A stretch of 64,000 bases of DNA from Sphyrna mokarran. Lineage: Eukaryota. The translations under genes were made by a program, and so were the position numbers. The notes below the pieces were generated by a model. It made no database searches. It was not told where the DNA came from and worked only from the letters and a program-made list of their open reading frames with translations. Positions within the stretch are counted from its first letter, which is position 1. Every line of letters starts with the position of its first letter. The stretch is taken from the NCBI GenBank assembly GCA_024679065.1, contig JAGIQG010000013.1, forward strand, positions 35,588,001 through 35,652,000. Reading direction: 5' to 3'. Below, piece by piece: positions 61,491-64,000 of the stretch.

Positions 61491-62516
61491 GGTGTTAAGG
61501 AAAAGCATTTTAACATATAAATTACTCTGATACTATCCATCAGTTGCACTTTGGATGAGAGTACAGAAAGAACAAGTATACAAACAAATCCATTAAATTT
61601 TAAGTATTGATATCGATTTATTCGTACTGTATTCCATGATAAATATGTGCCTGCACCATTTTACATCAGTAATGTTCAAGTTATTTTTAATTGGGGAGCA
61701 TAGTATTTTCCAAGATATCAGCATTTTGTTATATTGCCTGTTAGGGAGGTGTAAATAAAAGTTGGTTCAATAATGACTGCCTGAAGCTGAGTATGTGTTC
61801 ATTTGCAATAAACAACACCAAGTTATTTATATAAATTAAAAGCAGTGCTATTCTCAACATAAAGCCCTGGGGTACTTCACTCAGAACAATTCCCTCAAAT
61901 TCCCATTCTGGCAATTCCTCCTGCAATCATTACCCACCCCTCAAACAAGTCATACCCAGATGTATCCTAATTCCCCACTGCTTTAGAAGTAAACACTTGC
62001 AGAACAATTATGGAAAGCTTTTTCAAGGTTGAGAGATGCTACAACATGGGTCTGGTCATAAATGGGTTGACAATTGTTGTAAAGAAGTGAGATAGAAACA
62101 TGCCTACTACATCCACGTTGACTGCTGTTTACTAGATTGCGGTTGTACAGATGATGCTCATGTTTACTCCTGATAATTCTATTTTGTTACGTGAAATGGA
62201 AACAAGACTCATGGGTCTTTAATTGCTCCTGCCGGCTGCCACCTTTTCAAATATGGGCACCACTCTGATACTTCTTTAATGTCCAATGGTTCCTGTCAAT
62301 GACAGCAGATGTGTTCACTGATTGCTTCAAATTCTCCAGGATAAATATCACCCATCTCTGAGGAATTATTTGTTTTGAGGCGAAATAATCTGTCTAGAAC
62401 TTATAACCTTATTTATTGCAGATATTGATTTTACTTTTGTTATCATTGGTTGGCAGCAGCTATGCTGCGTTTATCTTTCCTTGTAAACGTGCATAGGAGA
62501 AGGAGGGGGTTGAGGT

Positions 62517-62533
62517 GGGGGGGGGGGGGGGGA
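62517..62533 (+). repeat. Poly-G tract
   Basis: About 16 consecutive G within a G-rich purine stretch. Confidence 0.85.
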
Positions 62534-63294
62534 AGGGATCGGGGGGAGAGAAAAAGAGAGACACACATACACACACCATTAACAGCAATACCCAAGAGAA
62601 TGCAGCAACAATGGCAGAATTCTGAAGAGAAACACCATTATCTTCAAAACCTGGGGTAAACAGCAATACACAAATTGATGCACTATCAGGAGCATCCATA
62701 CATGTTAAAATTGCTGGATTAAAATTTCCTGAGCTCAGGGATGTATCTTCATCAACCACTGCCAACTCGCAAGGCATAGGAAATTTAACTCTCCGGATTA
62801 TAAATGCAAACAGAGTACTATTGCCAGAGAGAACAGATATTGTTCCCCGATATTAAAGGCATTGTGCCAAACAGAGCTCAATCAATAATGATAAATCATT
62901 CACGCTAATGACATTCTGCACCCTGAACATGGCAGGAAGTAGTTAGGTTTTAAAATTGTCAGGGGATTTCTAAAATCCTGAGTGTGCTGCGCCGAATGGG
63001 AACTGAAGTAGCTGTGTGGAAAAAGTAAAATACTGGCCCTTCAAACATTAAGAAATGCTGTTTCTCTCAACATTTAGTTTGCGTATAAGGTGAAAGTGTG
63101 TACCGATGACTGGTTTCTAAGTGAAATAGTCAACACGCAAATTCAGGAGCTTGACCTATGAAAACTCAAAGAGGATCCTATAAGTTAGAGACAACACAGG
63201 TTAGCTTAAATGTTGCAGTTCATATCTCCTAAGTGGGGCTCAGATCTCTGACTGAATAAGGGCTAGTGTCTCAATGCTCAAAATTCTAATTCAC

Positions 63295-63535
63295 AAGACA
63301 GACCAAAGCAGAATTAGCCATTTGGGCCACGGAGTTTGCTCTGCCATTCAATTATGACTGGTTTGATTCATGTCCCCATTCTCCTGCCTTCTTTCTGTAA
63401 CGCTTGATCAAGAACCTATCTTTCTCTGTCTTAAACATACTCAAATCACCTGGTCTCCACAGCCCTCTCAGATAATGAGTTCTACAGATTCACCCCCTCT
63501 GGCTGAAGAAATTCCTTCTCATCTCAGTTTTAAAG
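63295..63535 (-). mobile_element. CR1 3' fragment
   Basis: agcagaattagccatt..ctctgccattcaattatgactgg..ctgaagaaattccttctcatctcagtttta. Confidence 0.75.
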
Positions 63536-64000
63536 TCTCTCCAGCTTAATTGATAGAATCCTTATTTAGAATATGAACTCTTTATAATACTAGCTTTATT
63601 ACTCTTTAGAGAGCCTTCCTGGAAACTTCATGGCAGTTCTTCAATACGCAAGGTCAAAGATTTCAAAGCAGTTTGGTATGAAAAGTCCCTAGAATTTGAA
63701 TGAAATGTAGGAATCTCCCCTAGTGAACAGTCCCTACATTCTTGCAAAATAAAAAAAATTAAACTATCAAATAAAATATTTTCTCAAATATATAACACCT
63801 ATTCTGATCCTAAGGAAGGAATGTGTTAAAACCTGCACTTGAGATTTCTGAGAAAAAGTCACAAGTCCACGAGAGTAGAATAATCACCAGGAGTATCTCT
63901 CTTGCCAATCAGAAATTGTTGCACGTTACTGAGGGCTGATGAACATCTTTCAGTTCTATATTTTTGAAACTACTAACATTCAGTCCCAAGAAACATGAAT

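Noticed and set aside
1-64000. CRISPR arrays, operons and the many 60-150 aa ORFs in the track
   Set aside because: No regularly spaced repeat-spacer array was seen. The short ORFs fall in SINE/LINE sequence, lie antisense to exons, or show no recognisable protein features, as expected by chance in vertebrate non-coding DNA.

Overview
Eukaryotic, repeat-rich vertebrate DNA. The repeat content (HE1-like V-SINEs, CR1 LINEs, a SacSINE1-like Deu-SINE, Penelope fragments) points to a shark or other elasmobranch. The one well-supported gene is PTGFRN (CD9P-1/EWI-F) on the minus strand. Eight coding exons (human exons 2-9) splice in frame through canonical GT-AG phase-1 introns from 46161 to the stop at 18733. 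They encode about 860 aa: six Ig-V domains, a TM helix and a short tail. The signal-peptide exon 1 is not confidently inside the window. The rest is intron, probable 3' UTR and intergenic DNA with about 20 V-SINEs (three tail types), many CR1/L2/Rex1 LINE pieces, a decayed Gypsy pol and MITE-like elements. The most notable unexplained structures are a 368-bp-arm inverted duplication in intron 1, whose substitutions mostly keep G.U pairing on the transcribed strand, and a ~510-bp templated copy of intron 2 pasted into a SINE so that direct repeats bracket a symmetric Ig exon. Also notable are V-SINE tail swapping and a relocated RGD motif. No prokaryote-type system (CRISPR etc.) is present, and I found no clearly new multi-gene system. 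All calls were made by eye; repeat boundaries are approximate.
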